Shown: positions 45,949 to 57,759, counted from the stretch's first letter. The stretch is 64,000 nt of DNA from an uncultured Candidatus Saccharibacteria bacterium (GCA_964399295.1 CAYNQD010000001.1:7013-71012), one strand, 5' to 3'. Notes: generated by a model from the letters alone, not told the origin. A program made the numbers and translations.

Positions 45949-46221
45949 ATGGAAATCATTAGTGTTGTTACAGTCGCTCTATCACTTATAGTTACTGGGC
46001 TTGGTTTGACGGCTCAGGTTAGAAAGAATAAAGAGAGAAAAAGTATGGAGGGATTGTCATCCTTCTATTTTTTTGTTCTCGCGATTTCTTATTCATTTTG
46101 GGTTGTCTATGGAATTGTGTCTAGTGACTGGGTCATTATTCTTCCGATGACTATAGGTGCTCTCATGTCTTGGATTGTGGTGTCGCAATTCTTTATTTAT
46201 AAAAAACACCCTGAAGATTAA
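45949..46221 (+). CDS. SemiSWEET-like 3-TM mini transporter (PQ-loop family)
   Basis: 90 aa with three TM helices. WVVYGIVSSDWVIILPMTIG parallels the SemiSWEET core WFVYGILRSDLPIILANVVT. The TM1 motif is LTAQVRK (cf. LPQVLRV). An extended -10 TGtTATAAT lies upstream. Confidence 0.5.
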   Translation: MEIISVVTVALSLIVTGLGLTAQVRKNKERKSMEGLSSFYFFVLAISYSFWVVYGIVSSDWVIILPMTIGALMSWIVVSQFFIYKKHPED

Positions 46222-46526
46222 AAAAGTAAAACATACTACCAACTTCATAATTCCCGGCTCTAAAGATTCGCTTACTTCTAATTAAGCATGGACTTAGGTC
46301 TTTACATAAACAAGAAATCCGAGATTTTATAAAAGACAATTTAAACATCGAACCACGTATAAGAGATTTTGCAATTAAGCATTTGCGGTATTGTTATGAA
46401 GAGGAAAATAATAGACTTAATTTTGAAAATGAGTGCCGGGAATTTTTGGCTGCGGTTCAGAATTGTGTAGAAAATTAAAGGTCTGTGCCTTTTTTAAAAT
46501 CATTATTTCTGTTATAAATAATAACC

Positions 46527-47213
46527 ATGCACTTCCACATCATCACTCTCTTTCCCGAAATCTGCCAAGCGTATACCGACGCCAGTATTTTGGGGCGGGC
46601 GCAAAAGGTGGAAAAAGGCAAAGGCGCCAAAGTAAAAGGCAAGAAAATTTCCGTGTCGTACTACAATCCACGGGATTTTTCCAAGGATAAAAATAAGAAA
46701 GTGGATGAGAGGCCGTATGGCGGCGGGCCGGGTATGGTGTTGCAAGCGGAGCCTATCTTGACGGCTTGGCAAAAAGCAGTCGGGCGCAAGACGGTGGCTT
46801 TGGAAACAGGGAAGGTGAAGACTCTTATCATGTCGCCACGGGGGAAAGTGTTTACTCAGGAAGTGGCCAAGGAATATGCTAAAAAATACGAGCATCTAGT
46901 TTTGATTAGTGGTCGGTATGAGGGAATTGACCATAGAGTGCAGGAAATTTTAAACGCGGAAGAAATTTCAGTGGGAGACTATATTTTAACCGGCGGGGAA
47001 TTGCCAGCTTTGACCATCGTGGACGCTGTCGCTAGGCAAGTGCCGGGAGTTTTAGGAACTTTTGAGTCACTAGAAGATGAAAGGGTAACTAGTGGTAAAA
47101 GTTACACTAGACCAGAAATTTTAAAATACAAAGGAAAAAATTACTCCGTGCCGGAAGTACTTTTGAATGGTAATCACGCGGAGATTGAGAGGTGGCGGCA
47201 GGACGCGGGGTAG
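46527..47213 (+). CDS. trmD: tRNA (guanine37-N1)-methyltransferase
   Basis: SPOUT-class motifs MHFHIITLFPE, ISGRYEGIDHRV, GDYILTGGELPALTIVDAVAR. Confidence 0.9.
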   Translation: MHFHIITLFPEICQAYTDASILGRAQKVEKGKGAKVKGKKISVSYYNPRDFSKDKNKKVDERPYGGGPGMVLQAEPILTAWQKAVGRKTVALETGKVKTLIMSPRGKVFTQEVAKEYAKKYEHLVLISGRYEGIDHRVQEILNAEEISVGDYILTGGELPALTIVDAVARQVPGVLGTFESLEDERVTSGKSYTRPEILKYKGKNYSVPEVLLNGNHAEIERWRQDAG

Positions 47214-47271
47214 AGTTTAGATTTTAGAGACCTGCAAAAAGGCTAACGTTTTAGTTTTCCACAGACATGAT

Positions 47272-47300
47272 TTGCTTATATTTGACTTTTTTGCTACAAT
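47272..47300 (+). promoter_or_regulatory. Sigma-70-type promoter for rpoBC (TTGCTT-17-TACAAT)
   Basis: Sits about 180 nt upstream of the rpoB ATG at 47482. The leader contains a small hairpin aagcgcg/cgcgctt at about 47425-47447. Confidence 0.4.
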
Positions 47301-47481
47301 TCCGCCACATACGCAAAGGGGTCTCGGGTGAGTTGTGGGCGGGAGATTTTCATATCGCGGAGTAATCACGAACACGTGATGTCGATATTAATCAAATAAA
47401 ACCAAAGAAGTCAAAAAGCGCGATTTGGAGCGCGCTTTGTGGTGTGTTGGTGGAGGAATTATTATTTATATTTTAGTGTCT

Positions 47482-50400
47482 ATGGAAATAAAGAACAAAG
47501 AAGAGCGTAATGTTTCAATTGGAAGACTGCCACAAAAGCGTTTTCAGTTGAGTTCAGATCCAAAAATTCCATTACCCGACCTAATTGAGCCACAGCGCGA
47601 GTCGTTTCGGTGGTTTGTTGAGACTGCCCTGAAGGAGATTTTTACTGAATTTTCGCCAATTAGCGACTATTCAGAAAAAAAATTCGAGCTGAAGTTTAAA
47701 AAATACGAGCTTGGCTCACCCAAATGTACTCCTGAATTTGCTAAGGAAAACAAGCTTACTTACGAAGCACCGCTTAGAGCGCACGTTATTTTGAAGAATA
47801 AAACCTTTGAAAGTGAAAAAGATCAGGAAATTTTCATGACTGATTTGCCGGTGATGACCGAGCACGGCACTTTTATCATCAATGGCGTTGAGCGCGTGAT
47901 CGTGCCTCAGCTGGCCAGGTCTTACGGTATATTTTTCACTCAAAATGAAGTCAAGGGCAAACAGCTCTTTGGTGCCAAAATTATCCCTGCTCGGGGAGTT
48001 TGGATTGAGCTTGAGTCTGAGGCGGACGGTGTTATTTATGTCAAGATTGACCGCAAAAAGAAATTCCCGATTTCTTCGGTTTTGCGCGTACTTGGTCTGG
48101 AAAAAGACAAAGATATGATTGCTCTGCTTAGCGGCGTGCCACGCGGCGAGGAATACATGAAAGCCACCATAGCCAAAGACCCAGCCAAGACAGCAGATGA
48201 TTCATATATTGAAATCTACAAACGTCTGCGCGACGGTGATTTGGCAACGGTGGAAAATGCTCGTGAATTCATCAATTCCATTTTTACTCCTGCTCGTTAC
48301 GACTTATCAGAGATTGGACGCCATCATTTCAATGAGCGTTTCGGCCGGCCGATTGATAAAAAGGCAACTGACGAGAGAACAATCTCAGTTGAGGATTTTC
48401 GTTTAATTTTGTCACATATCGTGACGCAAAATCATGAGCCGGGAGCTTTGGCTGATGATATTGACCACCTCGGCTTCCGTCGTGTGCGGTATTTTGGTGA
48501 AATGCTACAGCAGCGAGTGCGAGTGGGTATGACACGCATGAAGCGAAACATTCAAGACCGCATGTCCACCATAGAAGCTGAAACCAGCTTGCCTATGCAG
48601 ATCATCAATCCGCGTCCGCTCCAAGCTGCTATTAAGGAATTTTTTACCACCAATCAGCTATCACAATTCTCTCAACAACAAAATATTTTGGCTGAAATCG
48701 AGCACTTGAGAACTCTATCCGCTTTAGGTCCCGGCGGTCTTACTCGTGAACGAGCTTCTTTTGAAGTGCGTGACATTCATCCTTCACATTACGGTCGACT
48801 TTGTCCGATTCATACGCCGGAAGGGCCGAATATTGGTTTGATTTTGCGTCTGTCCATGTATTCTCGCGTCAATCGCTTTGGTATTATCGAGACTCCTTAT
48901 GCCAAGGTGGAAAAAGGCGTTATAACGGGTGAAGTGACTTATTTTAATGCACACGAAGAAGAAAAATTCAGTATTGCTCACGCAGCGGTGGAGGTAGACG
49001 CAAATGGAAAAATCAAAAACGAATTCGTTGAAGCTCGTCGCAAGGGTGAGCCGCAACTAATATCGAAGAAGGATGTTGAGTATATAGACATCGCTACCAA
49101 CCAACCTTTTTCAGTAGCAACCTCAATGATTCCTTTCATGAACCACGACGACGCCAACCGTACTCTGATGGGTTCAAACATGCAGAAGCAAGCCACTCCT
49201 TGTTTGATTCAAGAAGCACCGATGGTGGCTACTGGAGTGGAGGGAATGGTATCCCGTGATACGCATCGCGTGGTGTACGCTTCTGAAGCCGGCGAGGTCG
49301 TGGAGTGTGATGCCAAGCATATCGTGGTAAAAAATAAAGACGGCAAGAAGAAAGAATATACTCTGACCTCTTTCCAACGCACCAACGACTTCTCAGCGTT
49401 TTATCATCGTCCAGCGGTGACTATTGGCGACAAGGTTAAGCGTGGAGATTTGTTGGCCGATACCTCATCGACCGACAACGGACAAATCGCGGTGGGACAA
49501 AACGCTATGGTGGCTTTCATGAGCTGGAATGGCGCCAACTACGAAGACGCGATTGTGATTTCAGAACGAATGGTTAAGAAGAGTAAATTCTCCACCATTC
49601 ACTTGGATGAACTTGAGGTGTCGGTGCGAGACACTAAGCTTGGGCCGGAAGTAACTTCCTCAGACATTCCCAATGTCTCAGAATTGAAGCTTCGCAACTT
49701 GGATGAAAACGGCATTATCCGCATCGGGGCTGAGGTGCGTCCTGGCGATATTTTGGTCGGAAAGGTGACACCAAAAGGTGAAACCCAACTCTCACCTGAA
49801 GAACGCTTGTTGCGCTCTATCTTTGGTGAAAAGGCCAAGGATGTAAAAGACACTTCGCTTCGCCTTGAGGCCGGAAAACGCGGACGAGTGATCGGCGTGA
49901 AAATCTTTTCTCGCGAAAATGGCAATCAATTGGAAAGTGGTGTTATCAAACGCATTCACGTTACTATCGCTCAAGTGCGAAATGTTTCTGTTGGTGATAA
50001 GTTGGCCGGACGACACGGAAATAAGGGTGTAATTTCAAGGATTCTTCCAGAGGAAGATATGCCTTATACAGAAGATGGAACGCCGATTGATATTTTGCTT
50101 ACACCTCTGGGCGTACCTTCTCGTATGAACCTCGGCCAGATTCTGGAGCTTCATCTTGGTATGGCTGCCAATACCCTTGGCTACCAAGCCATTGTGCCGC
50201 CTTTTGCCGGTGCCACGGAGGAGCATGTTAAAGCTGAGTTGGTAGCGGCTGGTTTGCCTCCAGATGGAAAGATTCAGTTGCGTGACGGCTTGACCGGAGA
50301 GGCTTTTGCCCAAAAGACAGCTGTTGGTTTTATGTACATTCTCAAGCTTCACCACATGGTGGAAGACAAAATTCACATGCGTTCTATCGGGCCGTACTCA

Positions 50401-50703
50401 CTTATTACTCAACAGCCACTAGGAGGAAAAGCTCAGGTTGGAGGGCAAAGATTTGGGGAAATGGAAGTCTGGGCTTTGCTTGGTTATGGTGCTGCTTACA
50501 CGCTTCGAGAAATGTTGACCATAAAGTCTGATGATATCGTTGGTCGGTCGGCGGCCTTTGATGCGATAGTGCGCGGTGAAAAAATCAGCCATCCACACAC
50601 TCCAGCCGCTTTCAACGTGTTGGTAAATCAATTGCGAGGACTTTCGTTGGATGTGAAGCTTACCAGAGCTGAACGCCAAAAGCGTGATTATGAATCTATA
50701 TAA
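47482..50703 (+). CDS. rpoB: DNA-directed RNA polymerase subunit beta
   Basis: Rifampicin-cluster and catalytic regions (GPGGLTRERASFEVRDIHPSHYGRLCPIHTPEGPNIGL; NMQKQATP). I prefer the start at 47482 (MEIKNKEERN); the ORF-track start at 47425 adds a hydrophobic artefact. Confidence 0.95.
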   Translation: MEIKNKEERNVSIGRLPQKRFQLSSDPKIPLPDLIEPQRESFRWFVETALKEIFTEFSPISDYSEKKFELKFKKYELGSPKCTPEFAKENKLTYEAPLRAHVILKNKTFESEKDQEIFMTDLPVMTEHGTFIINGVERVIVPQLARSYGIFFTQNEVKGKQLFGAKIIPARGVWIELESEADGVIYVKIDRKKKFPISSVLRVLGLEKDKDMIALLSGVPRGEEYMKATIAKDPAKTADDSYIEIYKRLRDGDLATVENAREFINSIFTPARYDLSEIGRHHFNERFGRPIDKKATDERTISVEDFRLILSHIVTQNHEPGALADDIDHLGFRRVRYFGEMLQQRVRVGMTRMKRNIQDRMSTIEAETSLPMQIINPRPLQAAIKEFFTTNQLSQFSQQQNILAEIEHLRTLSALGPGGLTRERASFEVRDIHPSHYGRLCPIHTPEGPNIGLILRLSMYSRVNRFGIIETPYAKVEKGVITGEVTYFNAHEEEKFSIAHAAVEVDANGKIKNEFVEARRKGEPQLISKKDVEYIDIATNQPFSVATSMIPFMNHDDANRTLMGSNMQKQATPCLIQEAPMVATGVEGMVSRDTHRVVYASEAGEVVECDAKHIVVKNKDGKKKEYTLTSFQRTNDFSAFYHRPAVTIGDKVKRGDLLADTSSTDNGQIAVGQNAMVAFMSWNGANYEDAIVISERMVKKSKFSTIHLDELEVSVRDTKLGPEVTSSDIPNVSELKLRNLDENGIIRIGAEVRPGDILVGKVTPKGETQLSPEERLLRSIFGEKAKDVKDTSLRLEAGKRGRVIGVKIFSRENGNQLESGVIKRIHVTIAQVRNVSVGDKLAGRHGNKGVISRILPEEDMPYTEDGTPIDILLTPLGVPSRMNLGQILELHLGMAANTLGYQAIVPPFAGATEEHVKAELVAAGLPPDGKIQLRDGLTGEAFAQKTAVGFMYILKLHHMVEDKIHMRSIGPYSLITQQPLGGKAQVGGQRFGEMEVWALLGYGAAYTLREMLTIKSDDIVGRSAAFDAIVRGEKISHPHTPAAFNVLVNQLRGLSLDVKLTRAERQKRDYESI

Positions 50704-50715
50704 AATAATTACTAT

Positions 50716-53700
50716 ATGTCTATAAAAACATCATCATTCACCAAACAAGCTCCACTCGCTCCGGCTAGTTTTACGGAAATTAGTTTGCGCTTAGCTTCTC
50801 CGGATACGATTTTAGAATGGTCACATGGTGAAGTCACAAAACCGGAAACCATCAACTACCGCACGCAGCGACCGGAAAAACACGGATTGTTTGACGAACG
50901 AATTTTTGGCCCAGTGGAAGATTACGAGTGTTCTTGTAAGAAGTATCGCGGTATTCGCTACAAGGGAATCGTTTGTGAAAAATGTGGAGTGGAAATCACT
51001 CGAGCGATTGTGCGTCGTGAACGCATGGGACACATTGATTTGTGTATTCCGGTTTCTCATATTTGGTTTTTGCGCGGGGTGCCTAGTCGCATCGCGATGA
51101 TTTTGGGTATTTCGGCCTCAGCGGTGGAAAAAGTAATTTACTTTGCCGGATACATCATCACCAAAGTCAGTGAGGATAATCGTTCTCGTCTCTTGAAAGA
51201 GCTTGATACTGAGTACAAAACAAAAGTTAAGGCGTTACAAAACGAGGAGGCAAAAGAGGCTTTAAAAACTCGCATGGAAGAAATGAAGAAGGAAATTGAA
51301 GGCGTGATGCCGGGGGTTGTCTTAGATGAGTTAACTTTCCATCGCTACTCAATAAAATACAGTACGCTTTTTGAAGCCAGAATCGGTGCTGAAGCTATCT
51401 TTGATTTGTTCAAACAAGTTGACTTGCCAACCTTATTGGTAAAATTGGAAACCGAACGCGAAACGGCCGGCGCCATGGAAAGAGCCAAGCTTGATAAGCG
51501 GCTATCGCTCGTGCGTGGTATGCTCAATGCTGGCGTGCGGCCGGAGTGGATGTTTCTCGTGCGGATTCCGGTGATTCCACCAGCTATCCGTCCGATGGTG
51601 GCGCTTGAGGGCGGTCGTCATGCTTCTTCAGATTTGAATGACCTCTATCGTCGGGTTATCAACCGCAATAACCGCCTGAAGAAACTTATTGATATCATGG
51701 CTCCTGATGTTATTTTGCGAAATGAAAAGCGTATTTTGCAGGAAGCGGTTGATGCTTTGATTGATAATTCTATTCGTCACGGTGGTGGAGCTTATTCAGC
51801 TATGAGTCAGGCGCAAAGACGACCGCTGAAATCTCTATCAGATTACCTAAAGAGCAAGCAGGGATATTTTCGTCAAAACCTTCTTGGTAAGCGCGTGGAC
51901 TACTCGGGACGTTCGGTGATCGTGATTGGGCCGGAATTGGCTCTCGATCAGTGCGGTCTGCCCAAGCACATGGCGCTTGAACTTTTCCGACCGTTTGTGG
52001 TGGCGGAGCTTTTGAAACAAGAATTGGCATACAACATCCGCGGAGCCGGACGTTTGATTGAAGATGGGGTGCCGGAGGTCTGGGCTATTCTTGAAGGTGT
52101 TATTAAAAATCGACACGTCCTTCTAAACCGCGCGCCGACTTTGCACCGTCAGGGTATTCAAGCTTTTCGTCCGGTTTTGATTGAAGGCAACGCCATTCAG
52201 GTGCACCCGCTGGTTTGTCGCGCTTTCAATGCCGACTTCGACGGCGACCAAATGGCCGTCCATGTACCGCTTTCTGATGAAGCGCAAATGGAAGCTAGGG
52301 AAATTATTTCTGCCAATAAAAATATTCTTAAGCCGGGTTCAGCTGAGCCGGTAGTATCTGAGAAATTGCTAGACATGGCGCTAGGAGCATACTGGATGAC
52401 CAAGGTTATTCCGGGAGCTAAGGGTGAAGGCAAGTATTTTTCTTCACCAAATGATGCCATCAATGCCTTCGACTACGATGTTATCGACTTCAGAGCCAAG
52501 GTAAAGGTTTTGGCTACTGATACCGAAAAGTACAGACAGTTTGACAACAAGATATTTGAAACCACTGTCGGCCGGTTGATATTCAACAGCGTGTTGCCAT
52601 CCGATCACAACTTCATAAATGACATTATCGTGCAACGGACTTTGTTTACGGTGATTATTGACATCATTGACGCGCGTGGCCCGGAAGCGGTGCCGCCGAT
52701 TGTGGACAAATTGAAGAAACTCGGTTTGCGCTATGCAACCAAATCCGGCGTGACTTGGGGAATCGACGAAGTGAGCGTGCCAAAACAAAAAGGAGCTATT
52801 CTCGAAAAATCTCGAGCGGAAGAAAGAGGAGTTTTTGAAGCTTTTAATGAAGGTTTAATTTCTCGGGATGAAAGGCGACGTATGATTGTGGAGGTTTGGC
52901 ACCGTGCCAAAACTGAGATTGAAAAAGTTTTGCCTGAGACTCTGGATGAAAACGGTTCTGCTTACGAAATGTGGAAATCCGGCGCTCGCGGTTCTTTGGG
53001 ACAGATTGCTCAGATGGCCGGTATGAAAGGTTTGATTGTTAATACTCGCGGTGAGACCATTGAGTTTCCGATTCTTTCTTCGATGAAAGAAGGAATGTCT
53101 CCGATTGAGTACTTCATTACCACTCACGGTTCACGCAAAGGACTGGCCGACACTGCTCTCCAGACAGCCAAGGCCGGATATTTGACTCGTCGTCTGTTCG
53201 TGGTGGCGCAGGACGCGATTGTGACTGAAGACGATTGTAAGACCAAGCAGGGAATTTCGATCAACCGAATTTCCGCTTCCGGTATTGAGATTGCTTTTTC
53301 TAAAGCGATTAAGGGTAGGATTTTGGCGGAAGATGCTATCGACAGCAAAGGGCGAGTTATTTTCCCGAAAGGACATTTGCTTACCCGACTGGACGCGATT
53401 GCGGTAGAGGGAACGACTTGTGAATCAGTTGTGGTGCGTTCACCGATGACTTGCAAGACTCTGCGTGGCGTTTGCCAGAAGTGTTATGGTATTGATCTTT
53501 CAACCAACCAGCTGGTGGATATTGGTGAGGCGGTGGGTACGGTGGCAGCCCAAGCGATTGGTGAGCCAGGTACTCAGCTCACTATGAACACCAAGCACGC
53601 CGGAGGGGCTGCTTCCGTAGGTGGTGACGTGACTTCCGGTCTACCGCGTGTAGAGGAAGTGTTTGAAAAACGCCAGCCAAAAGTGCCGGCAGTGGTGTCT

Positions 53701-54381
53701 AAGTGTGAGGCGGTGGTGGTGGATATTCGCACTGAGGGGCGAGAGAAAGTGATTGTGGTAGCTCCAGATATGAATGCCAAGGGCGCGCCAAAGAAGAAAG
53801 ATAATATCGAATACGAAGTGCATTATCGTCGCGTGGTGGCTGTTTCTAAAGGTGATACGGTAAAGTCCGGCCAATTGCTCACTGATGGTTCCGCGCTTTT
53901 GCCTGAATTATTCAAATTCGGCGGACAAGAAATCACTCAGGATTACATCATCTCGGAAGTTAACAAAATTTATGAACTGCAAGGAGTAACGATTGCTCGT
54001 AAGCACATCGAGTTAATTGTGAAGCAGATGATGTCTCGGGTAAAGATTACCGGTTCTGGTGATAGCCACTTCACTGTTGGTGACGTGGTGGAAGAATGGA
54101 TATTTGTTGATGCCAACAACAAGCTAAAAGAAGCGGGACAAGAGCCAGCGAAAGCGGAAAAATTGATTCTCGGTATTACCGAAACCTCACTGTCTCGCAA
54201 GAGTTTCTTGTCGGCGGCGTCTTTCCAAAATACCACTCGCGTTTTGATCAATGCCGCGGTAAAGGGCAGTCAGGACAATCTAGCTGGACTGATGGAAAAT
54301 GTCATCATCGGAAAACTAATCCCAGCCGGTTCCGGTTTCAAGGGTAGCAAAAAATACCAGATGATTGAGGACATGCAGTAG
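50716..54381 (+). CDS. rpoC: DNA-directed RNA polymerase subunit beta'
   Basis: Zn-binding [22 protein letters not shown] and the [12 protein letters not shown] catalytic motif. 1221 aa. Confidence 0.95.
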   Translation: MSIKTSSFTKQAPLAPASFTEISLRLASPDTILEWSHGEVTKPETINYRTQRPEKHGLFDERIFGPVEDYECSCKKYRGIRYKGIVCEKCGVEITRAIVRRERMGHIDLCIPVSHIWFLRGVPSRIAMILGISASAVEKVIYFAGYIITKVSEDNRSRLLKELDTEYKTKVKALQNEEAKEALKTRMEEMKKEIEGVMPGVVLDELTFHRYSIKYSTLFEARIGAEAIFDLFKQVDLPTLLVKLETERETAGAMERAKLDKRLSLVRGMLNAGVRPEWMFLVRIPVIPPAIRPMVALEGGRHASSDLNDLYRRVINRNNRLKKLIDIMAPDVILRNEKRILQEAVDALIDNSIRHGGGAYSAMSQAQRRPLKSLSDYLKSKQGYFRQNLLGKRVDYSGRSVIVIGPELALDQCGLPKHMALELFRPFVVAELLKQELAYNIRGAGRLIEDGVPEVWAILEGVIKNRHVLLNRAPTLHRQGIQAFRPVLIEGNAIQVHPLVCRAFNADFDGDQMAVHVPLSDEAQMEAREIISANKNILKPGSAEPVVSEKLLDMALGAYWMTKVIPGAKGEGKYFSSPNDAINAFDYDVIDFRAKVKVLATDTEKYRQFDNKIFETTVGRLIFNSVLPSDHNFINDIIVQRTLFTVIIDIIDARGPEAVPPIVDKLKKLGLRYATKSGVTWGIDEVSVPKQKGAILEKSRAEERGVFEAFNEGLISRDERRRMIVEVWHRAKTEIEKVLPETLDENGSAYEMWKSGARGSLGQIAQMAGMKGLIVNTRGETIEFPILSSMKEGMSPIEYFITTHGSRKGLADTALQTAKAGYLTRRLFVVAQDAIVTEDDCKTKQGISINRISASGIEIAFSKAIKGRILAEDAIDSKGRVIFPKGHLLTRLDAIAVEGTTCESVVVRSPMTCKTLRGVCQKCYGIDLSTNQLVDIGEAVGTVAAQAIGEPGTQLTMNTKHAGGAASVGGDVTSGLPRVEEVFEKRQPKVPAVVSKCEAVVVDIRTEGREKVIVVAPDMNAKGAPKKKDNIEYEVHYRRVVAVSKGDTVKSGQLLTDGSALLPELFKFGGQEITQDYIISEVNKIYELQGVTIARKHIELIVKQMMSRVKITGSGDSHFTVGDVVEEWIFVDANNKLKEAGQEPAKAEKLILGITETSLSRKSFLSAASFQNTTRVLINAAVKGSQDNLAGLMENVIIGKLIPAGSGFKGSKKYQMIEDMQ

Positions 54382-54401
54382 AGAGGGAAGTTGTTTATGG
54401 A

Positions 54402-54443
54402 AAAAAGACCGGTGATTCGCGAAGCGAATCACCGGTCTTTTTG
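54402..54443 (+). terminator. Rho-independent terminator after rpoC
   Basis: 15-bp perfect stem agaccggtgattcgc / gcgaatcaccggtct, loop gaa, followed by TTTTT. Confidence 0.8.
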
Positions 54444-54488
54444 GTGGTATGTCCACTTAGGCGAGCTTAGCGTATAATATGCCCAATC

Positions 54489-56243
54489 ATGAGCGATGCT
54501 GTCCAACAAATTAAAGACCGGCTGAATATTATTGACGTGATATCTGCTTACGTGGAGCTGCAAAAAGCGGGTAGGCATTTTAAGGCGCGTTGTCCTTTTC
54601 ATAGTGAAAAAACCCCTTCGTTTAATGTGTCTCCGGAGCGCGGCATGTATCATTGCTATGGCTGTGGCGCGGGTGGAGACATCTTTACTTTTATTCAAGA
54701 AATTGAAAGAGTGGATTTTAAAGAAGCTTTGAAAATTTTGGCGGAAAAAGCCAATGTTGAGCTGGTGCCGGTATCACCGCAAAATAAAACCAAACAGGAA
54801 AGAATGTATGGAATATTGGAAGAAGCAACGGCTTTTTATGAAGCGGCTTTGAGAGAAGCGACTGATGTGCAACAATACATTTTGCAAAGAGGAGTTACGG
54901 CCACTACCATGGCTTCGTGGCGATTGGGGTTTGCGCCCGGACCGCCTAAAGCCGGCTGGAGAGTGGTAAAAGAATATTTAAATGGCAAGGATTTTTCTCA
55001 GTCTGAACTTCTAAAAGTTGGATTGATTAAAGGCGTAGAAGAAGGGAAGGAGCCGTATGATGTGTTTCGTAATCGAGTGATGTTTCCTTTATTTGATCAA
55101 AGCGGAAAGGTGGTGGCTTTTTCTGGACGGACTTTAGATAGTGGGCCCGATGTTCCTAAGTATGTAAATTCTCCTGAGACGGAATTGTTTAAAAAGTCTG
55201 AGTTGTTGTATGGCTATCACAAGGCCAAGCATGGAATTAGGCAGTTGGATTTTTCGCTGATCGTGGAAGGGCAGTTTGATGTGGTGATGAGTCACCAGGC
55301 TGGTTATGCCAATACCGTGGCGGTGTCGGGCACGGCTCTTACTCTACATCATGTTCAGCTTTTGGAACGTTTATCCAATCGAGTGGTCTTGGCTCTGGAT
55401 GCTGATAAGGCCGGTATCGCCGCGGTAAAAAAAGCGGCGGATTTGATGTTGAGGCGGGGACTTGATGTGAAGGTGGCGGTATTGCCGGAAGGAAAAGACC
55501 CGGCGGATATTATATTGACCAATTCCAAAGAATTTAAGAAAATAATCGGCCACTCCATACACGTGATAGAATTTTTGATGCTGGTTTTGTCGAAGCTTAA
55601 CTTGGATGAAAGGACTTTTAAACTAAGAGCCAGAGAGGAAGTGTTACCTTATTTATTATTGCTACCAAATAAAATCGACCAAGATCATTTTGAAACCAAA
55701 ATTGCTGAGCTACTAAAAACAACCAAAGAAGCAATTCACTTTGAGGTTGAGCGTCTGGTTGAGTTGGCGGAACATCCAATCAAGATACATCCGATAATAG
55801 CAAAAGGTGATGCGGTTAAGAAAAAGGATAGTGTTGGTGCCGATAAGCGTATAGAAAATATCCTAATCTATTTGCTGGGAGCAATACCGGTTTTTGAAGA
55901 TGAGATTTCAAAAAAACTAAAACAGATAATTGAAGAAATTACCGGACGAACTATTAGTGACATTGAAAATAGTTTGCCGAAGTCAGCTTTGTCTGAAGTG
56001 GCTTTTAGGATAGAAACTGCTATCGACCAATATTCGCGCCGAGTTTTTGATGAGGAAGTTGTACATGCTTTTAATCAGTTGCGAGAAGTGGTAATCAGGC
56101 AAAAATTGCAGGAAGCGAGAATTAAGCTGGGTGAAGCTGAGCAAAATGGCGACGCTGCCGCCATTGATGAGTTTATGAAAAGGGTGGGCGAACTGCAAAT
56201 GCAGCGGCAGCAAGCATCTTTTGACAAAAATCTTATACGCTAA
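54489..56243 (+). CDS. dnaG: DNA primase
   Basis: Zinc ribbon CPFHSEKTPSFNVSPERGMYHCYGCGAGGD. Toprim LIVEGQFDVVMSHQAGYANTVAVSGTALT. Followed by rpoD as in the macromolecular-synthesis operon. Confidence 0.9.
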   Translation: MSDAVQQIKDRLNIIDVISAYVELQKAGRHFKARCPFHSEKTPSFNVSPERGMYHCYGCGAGGDIFTFIQEIERVDFKEALKILAEKANVELVPVSPQNKTKQERMYGILEEATAFYEAALREATDVQQYILQRGVTATTMASWRLGFAPGPPKAGWRVVKEYLNGKDFSQSELLKVGLIKGVEEGKEPYDVFRNRVMFPLFDQSGKVVAFSGRTLDSGPDVPKYVNSPETELFKKSELLYGYHKAKHGIRQLDFSLIVEGQFDVVMSHQAGYANTVAVSGTALTLHHVQLLERLSNRVVLALDADKAGIAAVKKAADLMLRRGLDVKVAVLPEGKDPADIILTNSKEFKKIIGHSIHVIEFLMLVLSKLNLDERTFKLRAREEVLPYLLLLPNKIDQDHFETKIAELLKTTKEAIHFEVERLVELAEHPIKIHPIIAKGDAVKKKDSVGADKRIENILIYLLGAIPVFEDEISKKLKQIIEEITGRTISDIENSLPKSALSEVAFRIETAIDQYSRRVFDEEVVHAFNQLREVVIRQKLQEARIKLGEAEQNGDAAAIDEFMKRVGELQMQRQQASFDKNLIR

Positions 56244-56279
56244 AAACCATTTTTCACCACTAGACTATTTGGTTTTTTT

Positions 56280-57695
56280 ATGTATAGTTGTAGGATTATG
56301 GCGATAAAACCGACCGGAAAGACAACTAAAAAAGTGATAAAAAAAGCGGCTAAAACCGCAAGCAAAACAAACAAAAAGCCAGTCGTTAAAAAAACAGCAG
56401 TCAAGAAGAAAGTGGTGCAAAAAACAAAACCAACCAAAAAAACAATCAAGGCAGCACCAAAAAAAATAACCAAGACCAAGGCCAGTATAAAAAAGCCGGC
56501 TGGTAAGATTGCGACTAAAGTTGTCGCGAAGTCAAAAGCAAAGCCAAAAACTGCACCGGTAGTTTCCAGAAAAAAAACTGAGACCAAACCAGTCAAGGTA
56601 GAAAAAAAAGTCTTAACCAAGAGCGAAAAAATTTTGGAAATGAAAGCAGCAGAGCTGATGAAGCTTGGTCGTGAACGCGGCTACATAACTTATGATGAAT
56701 TGTTGCGCTCTTTTCCTGAGATTGAAAAAGACATAGAATTTTTGGACGTTCTCTATGAGCGATTTTCAATCGCCGGAATAGATGTTTTGCAAAGTGGCGG
56801 CATGCTGGGTGAAGACCATAGTATTGATATCATCGCTCAAAAAAACGCCTTCAAGCGCAGTGACAGCAGCTATGATTCCATTCAGATGTACTTGAGAGAG
56901 ATAGGCCAATACCCACTTCTAAATGCCATTGAGGAAAGAGTCTTGGCAAAGAGAATTGTCGATGGCGATGAGGAGGCGAGAAATCTTTTGGCGCGCGCCA
57001 ACTTGCGTTTGGTGGTTTCGATTGCCAAAAAATATGTTGGACGCTCTCCGGATTTGACTTTACTTGATTTGATTCAAGAGGGAAATTTAGGTTTGTTTAA
57101 GGCGGTTGATAAATTTGATTTTACCAAGGGCTTTAAGTTTTCCACTTACGCTACTTGGTGGATAAGGCAGGCTATTACCAGAGCTTTGGCTGACCAGTCT
57201 CGTACCATTCGTATTCCTGTCCACATGGTGGAGACAATGGCCAAGTATAAGCAGGTTTCAAGACGGCTGTCACAGGATTTGGGACGAGAGCCAATGCCGG
57301 AAGAAATCGCAACTGAAATGGGGGTGGAAGTAGAAAAGATTTACCAAATTGAAAAAATCAGCCAAGATACGATTTCTCTTGAACTTCCGGTTGGCGACGA
57401 AGATGACCGTTCGCGGTTGTCGGACTTTATTTCTGATGACAAAATTGTGTCTCCAGATCAGGAGGTGGCGCATAGTATCCTCACCGATCAAATTACCGAA
57501 ATTCTTGATACTTTGTCTGAAAAGGAGCGGAAAATTCTTGAGATGCGCCACGGTCTTCTCGACGGCACTTATCATACTTTGGAGGAAGTAGGAAAAGAGT
57601 TTGGCGTGACTCGCGAGCGCATTCGCCAGATAGAAGCCAAAGCTCTGGAAAAAATCAGACAGCATGAGAAGGCCAGGAGGCTGAAGTCTTATTAA
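56280..57695 (+). CDS. rpoD: RNA polymerase sigma-70 factor with Lys/Ala/Thr-rich histone-H1-like N-terminal extension
   Basis: Region 2 [18 protein letters not shown] and [29 protein letters not shown]. Region 4 [24 protein letters not shown]. The ~110-aa N-terminus is KK(T/A/V)-rich repeats. Alternative start at 56298. Confidence 0.9.
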   Translation: MYSCRIMAIKPTGKTTKKVIKKAAKTASKTNKKPVVKKTAVKKKVVQKTKPTKKTIKAAPKKITKTKASIKKPAGKIATKVVAKSKAKPKTAPVVSRKKTETKPVKVEKKVLTKSEKILEMKAAELMKLGRERGYITYDELLRSFPEIEKDIEFLDVLYERFSIAGIDVLQSGGMLGEDHSIDIIAQKNAFKRSDSSYDSIQMYLREIGQYPLLNAIEERVLAKRIVDGDEEARNLLARANLRLVVSIAKKYVGRSPDLTLLDLIQEGNLGLFKAVDKFDFTKGFKFSTYATWWIRQAITRALADQSRTIRIPVHMVETMAKYKQVSRRLSQDLGREPMPEEIATEMGVEVEKIYQIEKISQDTISLELPVGDEDDRSRLSDFISDDKIVSPDQEVAHSILTDQITEILDTLSEKERKILEMRHGLLDGTYHTLEEVGKEFGVTRERIRQIEAKALEKIRQHEKARRLKSY

Positions 57696-57759
57696 GACAG
57701 AGCGACGCAAAAGAAAAGACCTCCTTTTAGGAGGTCTTTTCTTTTGCGTCGCTCTGTCT
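57695..57759. terminator. Bidirectional terminator: 30-bp perfect stem between convergent rpoD and eIF-2B-family gene
   Basis: agacagagcgacgcaaaagaaaagacctcc-tttta-ggaggtcttttcttttgcgtcgctctgtct. It overlaps both stop codons. Confidence 0.75.

Noticed and set aside
46240-46480. A ~60-codon open frame (…NLNIEPRIRDFAIKHLRYCYEEENNRLNFENECREFLAAVQNCVEN) in the AT-rich gap before trmD
   Set aside because: It has no ATG, GTG or TTG start in frame near its 5' end, no recognisable motif, and atypical AT-rich composition. It is possibly a decayed gene remnant, with insufficient support to call a feature.
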